Source of the DNA: Candidatus Omnitrophota bacterium
GTDB taxonomy: Bacteria; Omnitrophota; Gorgyraeia; Zapsychrales; Zapsychraceae
Reading direction: 5' to 3'
Length of the DNA: 64,000 nucleotides
Assembly: GCA_018812705.1 (NCBI GenBank)
Contig: JAHJCZ010000097.1
Span: 840 to 64,839 of the forward strand
Part shown: piece after piece, positions 53,369 to 63,831 of the stretch
Position numbering within the stretch: the first letter of the stretch is position 1
Layout: each line of letters starts with the position of its first letter
Translations under genes and position numbers: made by a program
Notes under the pieces: model-generated
Database searches by the model: none
The model's input: the letters and a program-made list of their open reading frames with translations, nothing else
Told to the model about the DNA's origin: nothing

Positions 53369-53761
53369 ATGGGAAGATGGGACGGATTAAACAGACGTAA
53401 ATTTCCTCGTGTAAACTATCCTTGTTTAGTTGTAATAAGAGGATCCGCAGAAGCTGAAGATGTTTTGTTGACACATACTGAGAATATTGGAGTTGGAGGC
53501 GTTTGTCTTATCTTAAAAAAAGATATAAAGATGTTCTCGGAAATAGAGCTTGAATTAGATCTATTGGATTTGGGAGACCATATAAAGTGTAAAGGTAAAA
53601 TTGTGTGGAATGTCCAGCGTAAAAGCGATGAAGAGAAAAAACCTCTGTTCTATGATATTGGAGTAGAGTTTGAAGATATTGATAAAGCTGAAAAAAAGCG
53701 ATTAGAAGAAATTGTTGAGCGTTTGGTCAGAATAAATCAAGAGAAAAACTCACCTCTTTAA
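53369..53761 (+). CDS. Single-domain PilZ protein
   Basis: RRKFPR (RxxxR) and ENIGVGG motif, GVEF tail. Confidence 0.9.
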   Translation: MGRWDGLNRRKFPRVNYPCLVVIRGSAEAEDVLLTHTENIGVGGVCLILKKDIKMFSEIELELDLLDLGDHIKCKGKIVWNVQRKSDEEKKPLFYDIGVEFEDIDKAEKKRLEEIVERLVRINQEKNSPL

Positions 53762-53882
53762 TTAAGTTCTTCCAGAGAAAGTCTGCGTATTTAATCAAAA
53801 GCGTATAAATTGTCTTCAGGGGCTGTCGATTAAATGATCAGTTGTAACTTTATATAAAATATAAAAGCTTAAGGGAAGTAAA

Positions 53883-55214
53883 ATGATAAAAGTAAGATTT
53901 GCCCCAAGCCCAACAGGGTATTTACATATTGGCAGTGCTCGCACAGCACTGTTTAATTGGATGTACGCTAAATCGCAAAAAGGAAAGTTTGTTTTGCGAA
54001 TAGAGGATACAGATCTGCAGAGATCCTCAAAGGAGTTTGTCGACGAGATTTTAGCTAGCATGAAATGGTTGGGGTTAGAGTGGGATGAGCTTTACTTTCA
54101 AAGTGAAAGATTTGATATTTATAAAGAATACGCGCAAAAGCTTTTGAAAGAAGGCAAGGCATATGAGAGTGCCGGTGCCATAATCCTAAAAATGCCAAAG
54201 CAAGAAGTGAAGATATATGACTTGATCAGAGGGGAGATCAATTTTGATACGGCTAATTTTATGGTCCGCAACGAAGATGGTTCAACAGCGCTTGATGAAA
54301 AAGGAGAGCCGGTTTTAAAAGATGAAGTATTAATAAAGGCAGATGGTTCACCTTCTTATAGTTTTTGTTGCGTGATAGATGATGCTTTAATGGAAATATC
54401 GCATGTGATCAGAGGTGAAGATCATATTTCAAATACACCAAAGCAGATAGTTATGTATGAAGCTTTGGGTTTTAATCCTCCAAAGTTCGCACATTTGCCT
54501 CTTATTATGGGTGAAGATGGAGGTAGGCTTTCCAAAAGAACGGGAGCAGTGGCGGTCAGCGATTATAAGGCGAATGGATTTATTGCAGAGGCCTTGATAA
54601 ATTACCTTTTGCTTTTGGGATGGTCTCCTGGAAACGATCAAGAAAAGATAAGCATTACAAATGCGATCAAGATGTTTTCTATTAAAAAAGTTAATAAAGC
54701 GGCAGCAGTGTTTTCAATGGATAAGCTTCGGTGGCTGAATGGGCAATACATTAAGCAGATGGAAGATGAAAAACTGGTTGAGTTGATAGCCCCGTTTTTG
54801 ATAGAAAAGAATTTTATTAATAGTGATTTCAATAGTCAAAATCTAAAAAGTGTTGTAAGATTATACAAAGCAAGGTTGCCCACGTTGTTGGATTTTATTG
54901 ATAGAGCGGGTTTTGTTTTCGTTGATGATATTGCGATAGAAGATGAACTTTTTCAAAAATATTTTTCTATTGATAGAAAGAAAGAGTTTTGTTTGCTAGG
55001 TGAAAGGCTTGGTATGGTCGAGCCTTTTGATCTTAAAAATGTAGAACAAGTTTTTAGAGCGGTTACAGATGAACTTGGTCTAAGCGCAGCTGATCTTGTT
55101 CATCCTATTAGGGTTGCTTTAACCGGTAGTGATATTGGGCCAGGGCTGTTTGAAACTATGGTGGTCTTAGGAAAAGAAAAAACAGTAAAAAGGCTAACTG
55201 GGGTTTTTAAATAG
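53883..55214 (+). CDS. gltX: Glutamyl-tRNA synthetase
   Basis: RFAPSPTGYLHIG, RGEDH, RLSKR. Confidence 0.97.
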   Translation: MIKVRFAPSPTGYLHIGSARTALFNWMYAKSQKGKFVLRIEDTDLQRSSKEFVDEILASMKWLGLEWDELYFQSERFDIYKEYAQKLLKEGKAYESAGAIILKMPKQEVKIYDLIRGEINFDTANFMVRNEDGSTALDEKGEPVLKDEVLIKADGSPSYSFCCVIDDALMEISHVIRGEDHISNTPKQIVMYEALGFNPPKFAHLPLIMGEDGGRLSKRTGAVAVSDYKANGFIAEALINYLLLLGWSPGNDQEKISITNAIKMFSIKKVNKAAAVFSMDKLRWLNGQYIKQMEDEKLVELIAPFLIEKNFINSDFNSQNLKSVVRLYKARLPTLLDFIDRAGFVFVDDIAIEDELFQKYFSIDRKKEFCLLGERLGMVEPFDLKNVEQVFRAVTDELGLSAADLVHPIRVALTGSDIGPGLFETMVVLGKEKTVKRLTGVFK

Positions 55215-55231
55215 ATTTTCAAGGAGGTTTT

Positions 55232-55402
55232 ATGAGATATATGCTAATGATTGTTGTTGCTTTTTTGTTAATGCTCACTTTGCAGGGATGTGAAACCTTG
55301 ATAGGCGCAACTTCTGGTTTGCAAAAAGATATTGAAAATTTACGTTCGCAAGATGGAGAACTTTACGAAACAGATGCATGGCTGAAAGAGAATTTGTGGT
55401 AA
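55232..55402 (+). CDS. Small entericidin-like lipoprotein (56 aa)
   Basis: AAGGAGG RBS; MRYMLMIVVAFLLMLTLQG|CETLIGATSGLQKDIENLRSQDGELYETDAWLKENLW*; below the ORF track cutoff. Confidence 0.85.
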   Translation: MRYMLMIVVAFLLMLTLQGCETLIGATSGLQKDIENLRSQDGELYETDAWLKENLW

Positions 55403-55475
55403 CTATCCTTTTTGACATTTTTGTTTGAAAGCGAACATTGCCCGCACTGATAATGGTGTGGGCAATTTTATAAAT

Positions 55476-55546
55476 TGCCCTGTCGTCCAATGGTAAGACG
55501 CAAGTCTCTGGATCTTGTTATTCTGGTTCGAATCCAGACGGGGCAG
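55476..55546 (+). tRNA. tRNA-Gln(CTG)
   Basis: TGCCCTG...CAAGT-CTCTGGA-TCTTG...GGTTCGAATCC...CGGGGCA-G. Confidence 0.92.
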
Positions 55547-55550
55547 ATTT

Positions 55551-55581
55551 TATCAGAAAGCCCTTTAAGGGCTTTCTGATA
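55551..55581. terminator. Perfect hairpin after tRNA-Gln
   Basis: TATCAGAAAGCCC-TTTAA-GGGCTTTCTGATA. Confidence 0.65.
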
Positions 55582-55601
55582 ATAAAGAAACTATTTGTAT
55601 T

Positions 55602-57290
55602 ATGAATGAAAAAGAAACAAAACAATCTCTAGATTTTATTAGGCAAAAAATATCCCAGGATATTAATACAGACAAAATAAAGCATGGGGTAGTGACGAGG
55701 TTTCCTCCAGAGCCTAATGGTTATCTGCATATTGGACATGCTAAGTCAATATGCTTAAATTTTGGTATTGCCCTTGAACATGCTAACGGTGTTTGCCATT
55801 TGCGGTTTGATGATACAAATCCGACAAAAGAAGAAGAGGAATATGTTGAATCGATAAAGGAAGACGTTAGATGGTTGGGTTTTGATTGGGGGGACAAGCT
55901 TTTTTATGCTTCAGACTATTATCAAAATCTTTTTGAATCAGCCATTGAGCTGATCAAAAAAAATAAGGCATATGTTGATAATTTAAATGCTGATGAAATT
56001 AGAGAATATAGAGGGACGTTGACAGCTCCAGGGAAAGACAGTCCTTATAGGGATCGTTCGCCTCAAGAGAATCTTGAGCTTTTTGAAAAGATGAAGAATG
56101 GTGAGCTTGAAGAAGGGGCATGTGTCCTTCGTGCAAAGATAGATATGTCATCGCCGAACATAAACATGCGAGATCCTGTAATTTATAGAATTCTCAAGGA
56201 GCCTCATCATCGTACAGGAAAAGATTGGTGTATTTATCCCATGTATGATTTTGCGCATTGCTTATCTGATTCGTTCGAAGGTATCACTCATTCAATATGT
56301 ACGCTAGAGTTTGAAAATCACAGGCCATTGTATGATTGGTTTTTAGATGAGTTAAATGTTTATCATCCACAGCAAATTGAATTTGCAAGATTGAACTTGA
56401 GCTATGCTGTTATGAGCAAAAGAAAATTGCTTGAAATGGTAGAAAAGAAAATAGTTTCTGGGTGGGATGACCCAAGAATGCCGACAATTTCCGGATTAAG
56501 AAGAAGAGGGTATACTCCTGAGGCTATAAGGGATTTTTGTGATAGAATTGGCGTAGCAAAAGTTGAAGGCACAGTTGATGTTGCCCTTTTAGAGCATTGT
56601 TTAAGGGAAGATCTAAACAAGACTGCTTTGAGAGTTATGGGTGTATTAAGACCGCTTAAAGTAGTTATAGAGAATTACCCTGAAGGAGAAACAGAGGATC
56701 TTGAGGCAATAAACAATCCGGAAGATACAGAGGCTGGCACAAGAAAAGTTCCTTTTTCTAGAGAGATTTATATAGAGCGAGATGATTTTCAAGAAGAGCC
56801 GCACAAGCAGTTCTTTAGGCTGGCTCCTGGAAGGGAAGTGCGGTTAAGGTATGCTTATTTTATTAAGTGTGAAAAAGCTATAAAGGATGAGAGCACAGGA
56901 GAGATCGTTGAATTAATATGCACGTATGATCCCGCGACCAAAGGTGGGAATGCTCCTGATGGAAGAAAAGTCAAAGGCACTATTCATTGGGTTTCTGTTG
57001 AACATGCAAAGAAAGCGCAAGTTAATCTTTATGATAGATTATTTGTAGACGAGAACCCGTCAGCGGTGAAAGGTCAAGGAAGTATTTTTGATAGTATCAA
57101 TCCAGGCTCTTTGGAAGTTTTGGATAATTGTTATGTAGAGCCAAGCTTAATTGGAGCTGAAGTATTCAGCAAATTCCAATTTGAAAGGTTAGGGTATTTT
57201 TGTGTCGATCCTCAATCAAATCAAGAGAAGCTTGTTTTTAATAGAACAGTTACCTTGCGAGATTCATGGGCAAAAATTGCAAAAAAATAG
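55602..57290 (+). CDS. glnS: Glutaminyl-tRNA synthetase
   Basis: [33 protein letters not shown]. Confidence 0.98.
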   Translation: MNEKETKQSLDFIRQKISQDINTDKIKHGVVTRFPPEPNGYLHIGHAKSICLNFGIALEHANGVCHLRFDDTNPTKEEEEYVESIKEDVRWLGFDWGDKLFYASDYYQNLFESAIELIKKNKAYVDNLNADEIREYRGTLTAPGKDSPYRDRSPQENLELFEKMKNGELEEGACVLRAKIDMSSPNINMRDPVIYRILKEPHHRTGKDWCIYPMYDFAHCLSDSFEGITHSICTLEFENHRPLYDWFLDELNVYHPQQIEFARLNLSYAVMSKRKLLEMVEKKIVSGWDDPRMPTISGLRRRGYTPEAIRDFCDRIGVAKVEGTVDVALLEHCLREDLNKTALRVMGVLRPLKVVIENYPEGETEDLEAINNPEDTEAGTRKVPFSREIYIERDDFQEEPHKQFFRLAPGREVRLRYAYFIKCEKAIKDESTGEIVELICTYDPATKGGNAPDGRKVKGTIHWVSVEHAKKAQVNLYDRLFVDENPSAVKGQGSIFDSINPGSLEVLDNCYVEPSLIGAEVFSKFQFERLGYFCVDPQSNQEKLVFNRTVTLRDSWAKIAKK

Positions 57291-57488
57291 ATCAGATCAA
57301 AATGCAGTTTTATCTGATGAAAAAATAGTGACGTCTTACTTGTAGGGACACAGATCATGGTGTCCCTTTCTTGTTTATGTGTAAAAGACAGGACATATTG
57401 CGCGAGAATATTCTTATTGCAGAATAGAAAAAGAAGAATAGTATAAATAATATATATATCTACGCTAAAAATTAAAGTTCAATACAAA

Positions 57489-58691
57489 ATGATAAGCTTT
57501 AAAGAATCCATACAATTGCTTGGACAAAATACTGAAGTTTTACATTGTTCACAAGTAAAGACTGAAGAGGCTGTTGGTTATTTGCTGCAGGAGGATGTTA
57601 TTTCAAAAATAGATATGCCGCCGTTTGATAAATCTATCAGAGATGGATATTCTTTATTAGCAGAAGATTCACAGGCCATTGGCAATAAAATTAAAAATAT
57701 TGGGTTTGTTTCGGCGGGTGAATGCTTTTCGGGAGAAATGCATAAAGGCGAGTGTGTTAAAACAATGACAGGGGCTTCTTTGGCTAAGGGTGCTGATTGT
57801 GTCATTATGGTTGAAGACACGAAAGAGGATAAGGAGCTGGGTCTTGTTGAGATACTGAAAAAACTAGAGCCAGGGGACAATATTTGTAGCAAGGCGCAAG
57901 ATATTAAAGCCGGAGATATAGTTGTAAAAAAAGGCACGGTGCTCTCAGTATCAAATATTGCTGCAATTGCATCAGTTGGAAAAGAAACAGTCACAGTGTG
58001 CAGTAAACCAAAGGTCTCGTTGATCAACACAGGCGGCGAGATCGTTTCGTTAGGGGGTGCCTTAGGTGCAAACGAGATCTTTAACACTAATGGCCCTATG
58101 TTAAAGGCAATGATTAAAGAGGATGGCTTTGAGCTCGAGCATTATGATGTTGTTAAAGATGTAGAGATTGAAATGCAGAGGTCTTTTGAAGAGGGGTTAA
58201 CTAGCGATGTTTTATTGATCTCAGGAGGCGTTTCTAGAGGTGATTTTGACCTGGTGCCGAAAGTGTTAAAAGATCTTGGAGTTCAAGTTATATTCCATCG
58301 GGTAAGCATCAAACCTGGACGGCCTCTGTATTTTGGTAAAAAAGATAAAACTCTTGTTTTTGGATTACCTGGAAATCCCATTTCTGGATTTTTAACATAT
58401 TTGATATATGCAAGAGCTGCTATGCTGAAAATGTCTGGTATCAATAATGATTCGAGGGTGTTTAAAGAAGGCATCCTGGGAAAAACCTTTGTTCAAAAAG
58501 ATGCAACAAGGAGGCACTTTGTTCTTGTAAAAATAGAAAAGAAAGGTATGGCTAGTTATTTGCATCCTTCTACGAATTATGAATCAGCGGATATCAAAAC
58601 TTTGTCAGATGCTGATGGCTTTATGGAAGTTGAAGAGAATGTTTCAGTGATTGACGAAGGACAGAGAGTTAAATATTTTACATGGAAATGA
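57489..58691 (+). CDS. moeA: Molybdopterin molybdotransferase MoeA
   Basis: PPFDKSIRDGY, SGGVSRGDFD, IKPGRP, FGLPGNP. Confidence 0.95.
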   Translation: MISFKESIQLLGQNTEVLHCSQVKTEEAVGYLLQEDVISKIDMPPFDKSIRDGYSLLAEDSQAIGNKIKNIGFVSAGECFSGEMHKGECVKTMTGASLAKGADCVIMVEDTKEDKELGLVEILKKLEPGDNICSKAQDIKAGDIVVKKGTVLSVSNIAAIASVGKETVTVCSKPKVSLINTGGEIVSLGGALGANEIFNTNGPMLKAMIKEDGFELEHYDVVKDVEIEMQRSFEEGLTSDVLLISGGVSRGDFDLVPKVLKDLGVQVIFHRVSIKPGRPLYFGKKDKTLVFGLPGNPISGFLTYLIYARAAMLKMSGINNDSRVFKEGILGKTFVQKDATRRHFVLVKIEKKGMASYLHPSTNYESADIKTLSDADGFMEVEENVSVIDEGQRVKYFTWK

Positions 58692-59653
58692 AGCCCAAAA
58701 TAGATTACTTGAGACTTTCCCTGACAGACAAATGTAACCTGAATTGCTTTTATTGCAATCCTTTAGAGAAGAAAGATTATCTTGATAATAACGATATTTT
58801 ACGATTAGAAGAAATAGTAAGGGTTGTTAGAGTCTTGGCAGATCTTGGTATAAGCAAGTTAAGGCTGACGGGAGGAGAACCGTTAATAAAAGAAAATATT
58901 TGTACAGCAGTTAGTTTGTTTAAAAAGATCGACGGAATAGAAGAAGTTTCTTTAACGACCAATGGTGTTTTTCTCTTCGAGATGGCCGAAGCATTGCAGG
59001 CGAATGGTCTAGATAGGATTAACATAAGTTTGGATACTTTAAGGCCTAAAAGATTTGAACAGATCACAGGCCAGGATTGCTTTGAACATGTGTGGAAGGG
59101 AATAGAAAAATCGATTGAAGTTGGCCTTTTTCCATTAAAGTTAAATATGATCTTGCTTAAAGGCATCAATGAGGATGAGATAATTGATTTTGCAAAATTA
59201 ACAATTAAGCATAAGATAGATGTCAGATTTATTGAACTGTTCAGGACATCAAATCGTTTAAGTGTTCAACAAACCGGATCACTAAAGAGCTCAGAAGCAA
59301 AAGAAACCATTGTTAGTAAATATGGAGAGCTGTTTCCTGAAGGCAATGTGGTCGGAAATGGACCGGCTGAATATTTTAAATTAAAAGAAGCAAAAGGTAC
59401 GATTGGGTTTATTAGCAATTTAAGTAAACATTTTTGCGGTGCATGTAATCGTTTGAGAATGGATAGCGCAGGTAGAATTGCGCCGTGCCTGTTTTCAGGA
59501 TATTTATATAATGTAAAAGAACTGATCAGAAGCGGTGCTTCGGATGAAAATATAAGAGAGTTATTAAAACATATTATTTTAGATAAACATAAGCATAATA
59601 AAAAGAGTGCAGTTATTGATAAGCATATTGAAATGAGCAGTGTCGGAGGATGA
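58682..59653 (+). CDS. moaA: GTP 3',8-cyclase MoaA
   Basis: YLRLSLTDKCNLNCFYC, FCGACNRLR..PCLF, C-terminal SVGG. Confidence 0.97.
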   Translation: MEMKPKIDYLRLSLTDKCNLNCFYCNPLEKKDYLDNNDILRLEEIVRVVRVLADLGISKLRLTGGEPLIKENICTAVSLFKKIDGIEEVSLTTNGVFLFEMAEALQANGLDRINISLDTLRPKRFEQITGQDCFEHVWKGIEKSIEVGLFPLKLNMILLKGINEDEIIDFAKLTIKHKIDVRFIELFRTSNRLSVQQTGSLKSSEAKETIVSKYGELFPEGNVVGNGPAEYFKLKEAKGTIGFISNLSKHFCGACNRLRMDSAGRIAPCLFSGYLYNVKELIRSGASDENIRELLKHIILDKHKHNKKSAVIDKHIEMSSVGG

Positions 59654-60111
59654 CAATGGATAAGAATGATCAATCTTTAGGGATGATAGATATAAGTGAA
59701 AAAAGCAAGACGATGAGGGTTGCAAAAGCTGGTGCTTTTGTAAGAATGGATAGCGAACTTGTTGATATGGTAAGGAATAATGCGGCTCCAAAAGGAAATA
59801 TTATTGAAACTGCAAGGGTTGCAGGGATAATGGCTGCCAAAAAAACCGAAGAACTGATACCCTTGTGTCATAATATTGAAATTGATAAAGTAGGTTTATC
59901 TTTTTGTTTTGAAAAAGAGGGCATTAGGATAGAATCGATAGCAAAGACAACAGCAAAAACGGGCATAGAGATGGAAGCGATGATAGCTGTAGCTATCGCA
60001 GCGCTTACAGTCTATGATATGTTAAAAATGTTCAACAAGGAAATATGTATAGAAAAAGTGTTGTTACTTGAGAAAAGTGGAGGCAAAGACGGTGTCTACA
60101 AAAGATTCTGA
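59650..60111 (+). CDS. moaC: Cyclic pyranopterin monophosphate synthase MoaC
   Basis: MIDISEK, GIMAAKKT..LIPLCH, GIEMEA, EKSGGK. Confidence 0.97.
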   Translation: MTMDKNDQSLGMIDISEKSKTMRVAKAGAFVRMDSELVDMVRNNAAPKGNIIETARVAGIMAAKKTEELIPLCHNIEIDKVGLSFCFEKEGIRIESIAKTTAKTGIEMEAMIAVAIAALTVYDMLKMFNKEICIEKVLLLEKSGGKDGVYKRF

Positions 60112-60681
60112 TTGTATCGGCAAAAAAATATTGTTGTAGGTTTTGGAGAGATCGTCTCTGTTAATATAAGCGAAAAAAAGGGGACTATAAAAAAACCAGT
60201 CAAGAAAGCAGTTTTGCTCAAGGACATAGGAATAGAAAACGATGCTCATTCTGCCCCTGATGACGAGACAAGGCAGATCAGCTTCTTGGCTTTAGAGAGC
60301 ATTGAAAAACAGAAAAATAAATTAAAAGAAAATATGATAGATAATGAAAAGGCTATTGCCTTGTATCCAGGGGTATTTGCGGAGAATATTACAACAAAAG
60401 GGATATTAGTTTCTGAGTTAATGCTTAACGACATAATTGAAATTGGCGGAGAGGTTCTTTTAGAGATCTCGCGCATTGGAAAAGAATGTCCTGCGCCCTG
60501 CAGTATATTTTATAAAACGGGCGACTGCATTATGCCGAGAGAGGGATTTTTTGCCAGGGTCTTTAAAGGAGGAGTTATTTATCCTAAAGCATCAATTAAT
60601 ATCACCAGAAAGATTAAACATCAAGTGGAACATTTTTCTGCCGATGAAGAAAATGAATATGAGGTATTAAATGTTGCATAA
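60112..60681 (+). CDS. MOSC domain protein
   Basis: SVNISEKKG, GIENDAH, RQISFL, FAENI, GKECP..C, CIMPREG. Confidence 0.9.
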   Translation: MYRQKNIVVGFGEIVSVNISEKKGTIKKPVKKAVLLKDIGIENDAHSAPDDETRQISFLALESIEKQKNKLKENMIDNEKAIALYPGVFAENITTKGILVSELMLNDIIEIGGEVLLEISRIGKECPAPCSIFYKTGDCIMPREGFFARVFKGGVIYPKASINITRKIKHQVEHFSADEENEYEVLNVA

Positions 60682-61168
60682 TACAGGGAACATAAATATT
60701 GTTAAAGTCGGGGTTTTGACAATTAGTGATTCAAGGACAATTGATAGCGATGCTAGCGGAAAGAGCGTTGTTTCTATTTTGAAAGAGGATGGGTATGAAG
60801 TGTCTTTTTATGAAGTTGTATCAGATGACATTGCAAAAATAATAGATAGGCTGAACACAGCATTAAAAGACAATGAATTAGACTTGATTCTGACTGTGGG
60901 AGGAACGGGGTTTGGACCAAGAGATAATACTCCAGAGGCTACTTTAAAAGTTGTTGAAAAAGTTATTCCTGGATTACCAGAATGCATGCGAACGGAAGGG
61001 GCTAAAAAGGCCAAGGAAGCTTATTTATCAAGAGGGGTTGCGGGTATTAAGGGCCAAACAATTATTGTGAACCTACCAGGAAGCCCAAAGGGAGCAAGAG
61101 AATCTTTAGAAGCTATTGCTGGGTTGATACCTCATTCAATATCAATGATAAAAGGAAAGGGGCATTAA
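60671..61168 (+). CDS. mog: Molybdopterin adenylyltransferase MogA/MoaB
   Basis: LTISD, GGTGFGPRDNTPEAT, NLPGSPKG. Confidence 0.93.
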   Translation: MLHNTGNINIVKVGVLTISDSRTIDSDASGKSVVSILKEDGYEVSFYEVVSDDIAKIIDRLNTALKDNELDLILTVGGTGFGPRDNTPEATLKVVEKVIPGLPECMRTEGAKKAKEAYLSRGVAGIKGQTIIVNLPGSPKGARESLEAIAGLIPHSISMIKGKGH

Positions 61169-61171
61169 ACT

Positions 61172-61618
61172 GTGAAACTAACAAAGATACAAATAATAAA
61201 AATGTTCGCATCTGCTCTTGCGGTAGGATTAACTTCAATGCTCCTTTATACAGGAGGGGATGTTTATAAGGTTACCAAATTTGTCAAGCAACAACAGGAT
61301 ATAATTACGGTTTTGTTTGAAAAAAGAGCAGATAAAGCTTTTTTAAACATAAAGAGTACATTTGAGAAAAAGTATCCGCATTATCGCTTGTTAATAGAGG
61401 ATGAAGTGGATCATGAGTATGCTGTAAATATTGTGTCTGGGGACTTTTATGATAAAAAGTATTTAGAGTTGATCGACAACAATTCTAAAAAAACTATTAG
61501 CAGGTTTATTGTAGTTTATAGCTCAAAGAAAAAAGATGGCGGGCAAACGTTCCTGAAGTTTCTATTGTCCGGTGAAGGTAGCCAGATATTGAAAAGAAGC
61601 AGCTATTCTGTGCGATAG
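61172..61618 (+). CDS. Hypothetical membrane-anchored protein with ModA-like C-terminus
   Basis: N-terminal TM; FLKFLLSGEGSQILKR resembles the end of molybdate-binding proteins; last gene of the Moco operon. Confidence 0.5.
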   Translation: MKLTKIQIIKMFASALAVGLTSMLLYTGGDVYKVTKFVKQQQDIITVLFEKRADKAFLNIKSTFEKKYPHYRLLIEDEVDHEYAVNIVSGDFYDKKYLELIDNNSKKTISRFIVVYSSKKKDGGQTFLKFLLSGEGSQILKRSSYSVR

Positions 61619-61758
61619 GAATAAAATACATCCTTTTTTGAGGAAAATATCGGATTTTTGCAGACTATTATTTATTAACAGTTGGCAAGGAAAACCTTAT
61701 TTGTTAGAATAGACTAGTTTTTATTTTTATAAATAGCGAACTACAAAAGGAAAAGATA

Positions 61759-63831
61759 ATGAAGAATGACGCTGTGTCCTCGAAAAATTTAGAAGGTTTC
61801 TTTAACACAAAAAGTGTCGCTGTTATCGGAGCCTCTGCAAATCCTTCCAAGATCGGATATCAGATACTAAACAATGTTATTGCCGGAGGCTTTGAAGGAG
61901 AGATATATCCTATCAATCCAAAAGATGATGAGATCCTGGGGAAAAAAGCATATAAGTCTGTTTCAGATGTTCCAGGCGATATTGACCTAGCAGTTATTAC
62001 TATCCCAGCTCCTTTTGTTGTTGCAACTATGGAAGAATGCGCCAAAAAGAAAGTAAAGAACGTTGCGATCATTACCTCCGGATTTGCTGAAGTGGGCAAT
62101 CATGAAGACGAAGAAAAGATCAAGAAAATAGCTGATGAAAACAATATGGCTTTTATAGGGCCCAACATTTTAGGTTTTCTATATACTCCTCTTAAATTGA
62201 ATGCAAGTTTTGGCCCTCAAGATATATTGTCAGGAAAAATTGCTTTTGTTTCCCAGAGCGGTGCATTGGCTATAGCCTTAATGGGTTGGACAGTTATGGA
62301 GAGCATTGGTTTGGGTTCTTTGGTCAGCCTTGGAAATAAAGCAGATGTTGATGAAAGAGATCTGATCGAGCATTTTAACAGCGATGGGAATATTGATGTT
62401 GTTCTCATTTATATGGAAGGCCTTAAAGATGGTCGCAAGTTCTTAAATACAGAAATTAAAAAGCCGGTCATTATTTTAAAAGTAGGACGATCACAAAGGG
62501 GAGCAAAAGCAGCAGCTTCTCATACTGGATCTTTAGCTGGCGCCGATGGCATCTTTGATGCGGCTTTTAAGCAAATGGGCGCGCTAAGAGCAAACTCTTT
62601 CACGGATGCTTTTGGCTGGGCAAGAGCATTTGCTCTTCCTATTCCTCAAGGAGAAGAAACAATTGTGATCACAAACGGTGGAGGAATAGGTGTATCTACA
62701 ACTGATGCGTGTGAAGAAGCTGGAATTCAATTATTAGAAGACGTTGAATGGACAGAAGAAAAATTTAGAAAAACAATGCCTGATTTTGGCAGCACAAAGA
62801 ATCCTATTGATATTACAGGAGGAGCAGGTGTTGAAGGCTACAGAAAAGCAATTAAGATATCTCTCGAAGAAGACAAGATCCATTGTGTCATTGTTTTGTA
62901 TTGTGAAACAGCCGTAACGGATCCTTTAGATATTGCTAAAGCAGTTGCTGAAGAGTATAGGACTGTTGAAAGAAACAAACCTATTGTTGCTGCATTTGTC
63001 GGCGGAGAGAGATCAAGAAGCGCTCTTCATTTTTTGAGTCAAAATAATATACCAGCTTATGACTCGGTTGATCAGGCGGTTTCTGCTTTAAAAATCCTGC
63101 ATACTTGGAAAGATATTTGCAATAGGCCTAAAGATGTCCCTGAAGAGGAAAAAGCTCCTCAAGAAGTTGTTGACATGATAGATAAAATCAAAAAAGAAGG
63201 AAGGTCTTTGCTTCTTGAGCATGAAGCTAGAGAGATCATGGAGAAATGTGGGGTTCCTACTCCTAAGTGGGCATTTGCGACAACTGTTGAAGAAGCTATA
63301 GAAAAGGCAGAGGGCATGTATCCATTAGCTATAAAAATAGCATCACTTGACATAGTGCATAAGACGGATGTCGGAGGAGTTGCTTTGAATATTTCTGATG
63401 AGGAAGAGCTAAGAGTTAAATTTAACAGCATGATGATAAATATTCCAAAGAAAGTTCCAAATGCAAAGCTTCTAGGAATTAACATGATCCAGATGACGAA
63501 GGGAATAGAGTGTATTATCGGAATGAGCGTAGATCCTCAATTTGGACCGGTTGTTATGTTTGGGCTTGGAGGAGTTTTTGTCGAGCTAATGAAGGATGTT
63601 TCTTTTAGAGTTGTTCCTTTTGGAAAGATCGAGGCAGAACGTTTAATTGGCTCAATTAAAGGCCAAAAAGTTCTCAATGGTTTTAGAGGCATGAAAGCAC
63701 ATAAAGAATCCATAATTCAAACGTTATGTTCAGTGCAAAAATTAGCACCTTTAGTGAAGGAAATAGATATTAATCCTTTAATCTCAAATGATGAGGGAAG
63801 TTTTGCTGTTGATGCAAGAATTATTGTTTGA
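61759..63831 (+). CDS. ADP-forming acetate-CoA ligase (alpha-beta fusion)
   Basis: SVAVIGAS, SQSGAL, SHTGSLAG, HKTDVGGV, FGPVVMFGLGG, EIDINPL. Confidence 0.95.
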   Translation: MKNDAVSSKNLEGFFNTKSVAVIGASANPSKIGYQILNNVIAGGFEGEIYPINPKDDEILGKKAYKSVSDVPGDIDLAVITIPAPFVVATMEECAKKKVKNVAIITSGFAEVGNHEDEEKIKKIADENNMAFIGPNILGFLYTPLKLNASFGPQDILSGKIAFVSQSGALAIALMGWTVMESIGLGSLVSLGNKADVDERDLIEHFNSDGNIDVVLIYMEGLKDGRKFLNTEIKKPVIILKVGRSQRGAKAAASHTGSLAGADGIFDAAFKQMGALRANSFTDAFGWARAFALPIPQGEETIVITNGGGIGVSTTDACEEAGIQLLEDVEWTEEKFRKTMPDFGSTKNPIDITGGAGVEGYRKAIKISLEEDKIHCVIVLYCETAVTDPLDIAKAVAEEYRTVERNKPIVAAFVGGERSRSALHFLSQNNIPAYDSVDQAVSALKILHTWKDICNRPKDVPEEEKAPQEVVDMIDKIKKEGRSLLLEHEAREIMEKCGVPTPKWAFATTVEEAIEKAEGMYPLAIKIASLDIVHKTDVGGVALNISDEEELRVKFNSMMINIPKKVPNAKLLGINMIQMTKGIECIIGMSVDPQFGPVVMFGLGGVFVELMKDVSFRVVPFGKIEAERLIGSIKGQKVLNGFRGMKAHKESIIQTLCSVQKLAPLVKEIDINPLISNDEGSFAVDARIIV

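Noticed and set aside
57342-57375. GTAGGGACAC...GTGTCCCT hairpin as a REP element or Moco riboswitch
   Set aside because: Single copy seen, no RAYT gene, too short for a Moco aptamer; more simply a terminator after glnS.
57435-57470. ModE-like operator upstream of moeA
   Set aside because: TATATA-rich, but only a poor half-site in a very AT-rich background.
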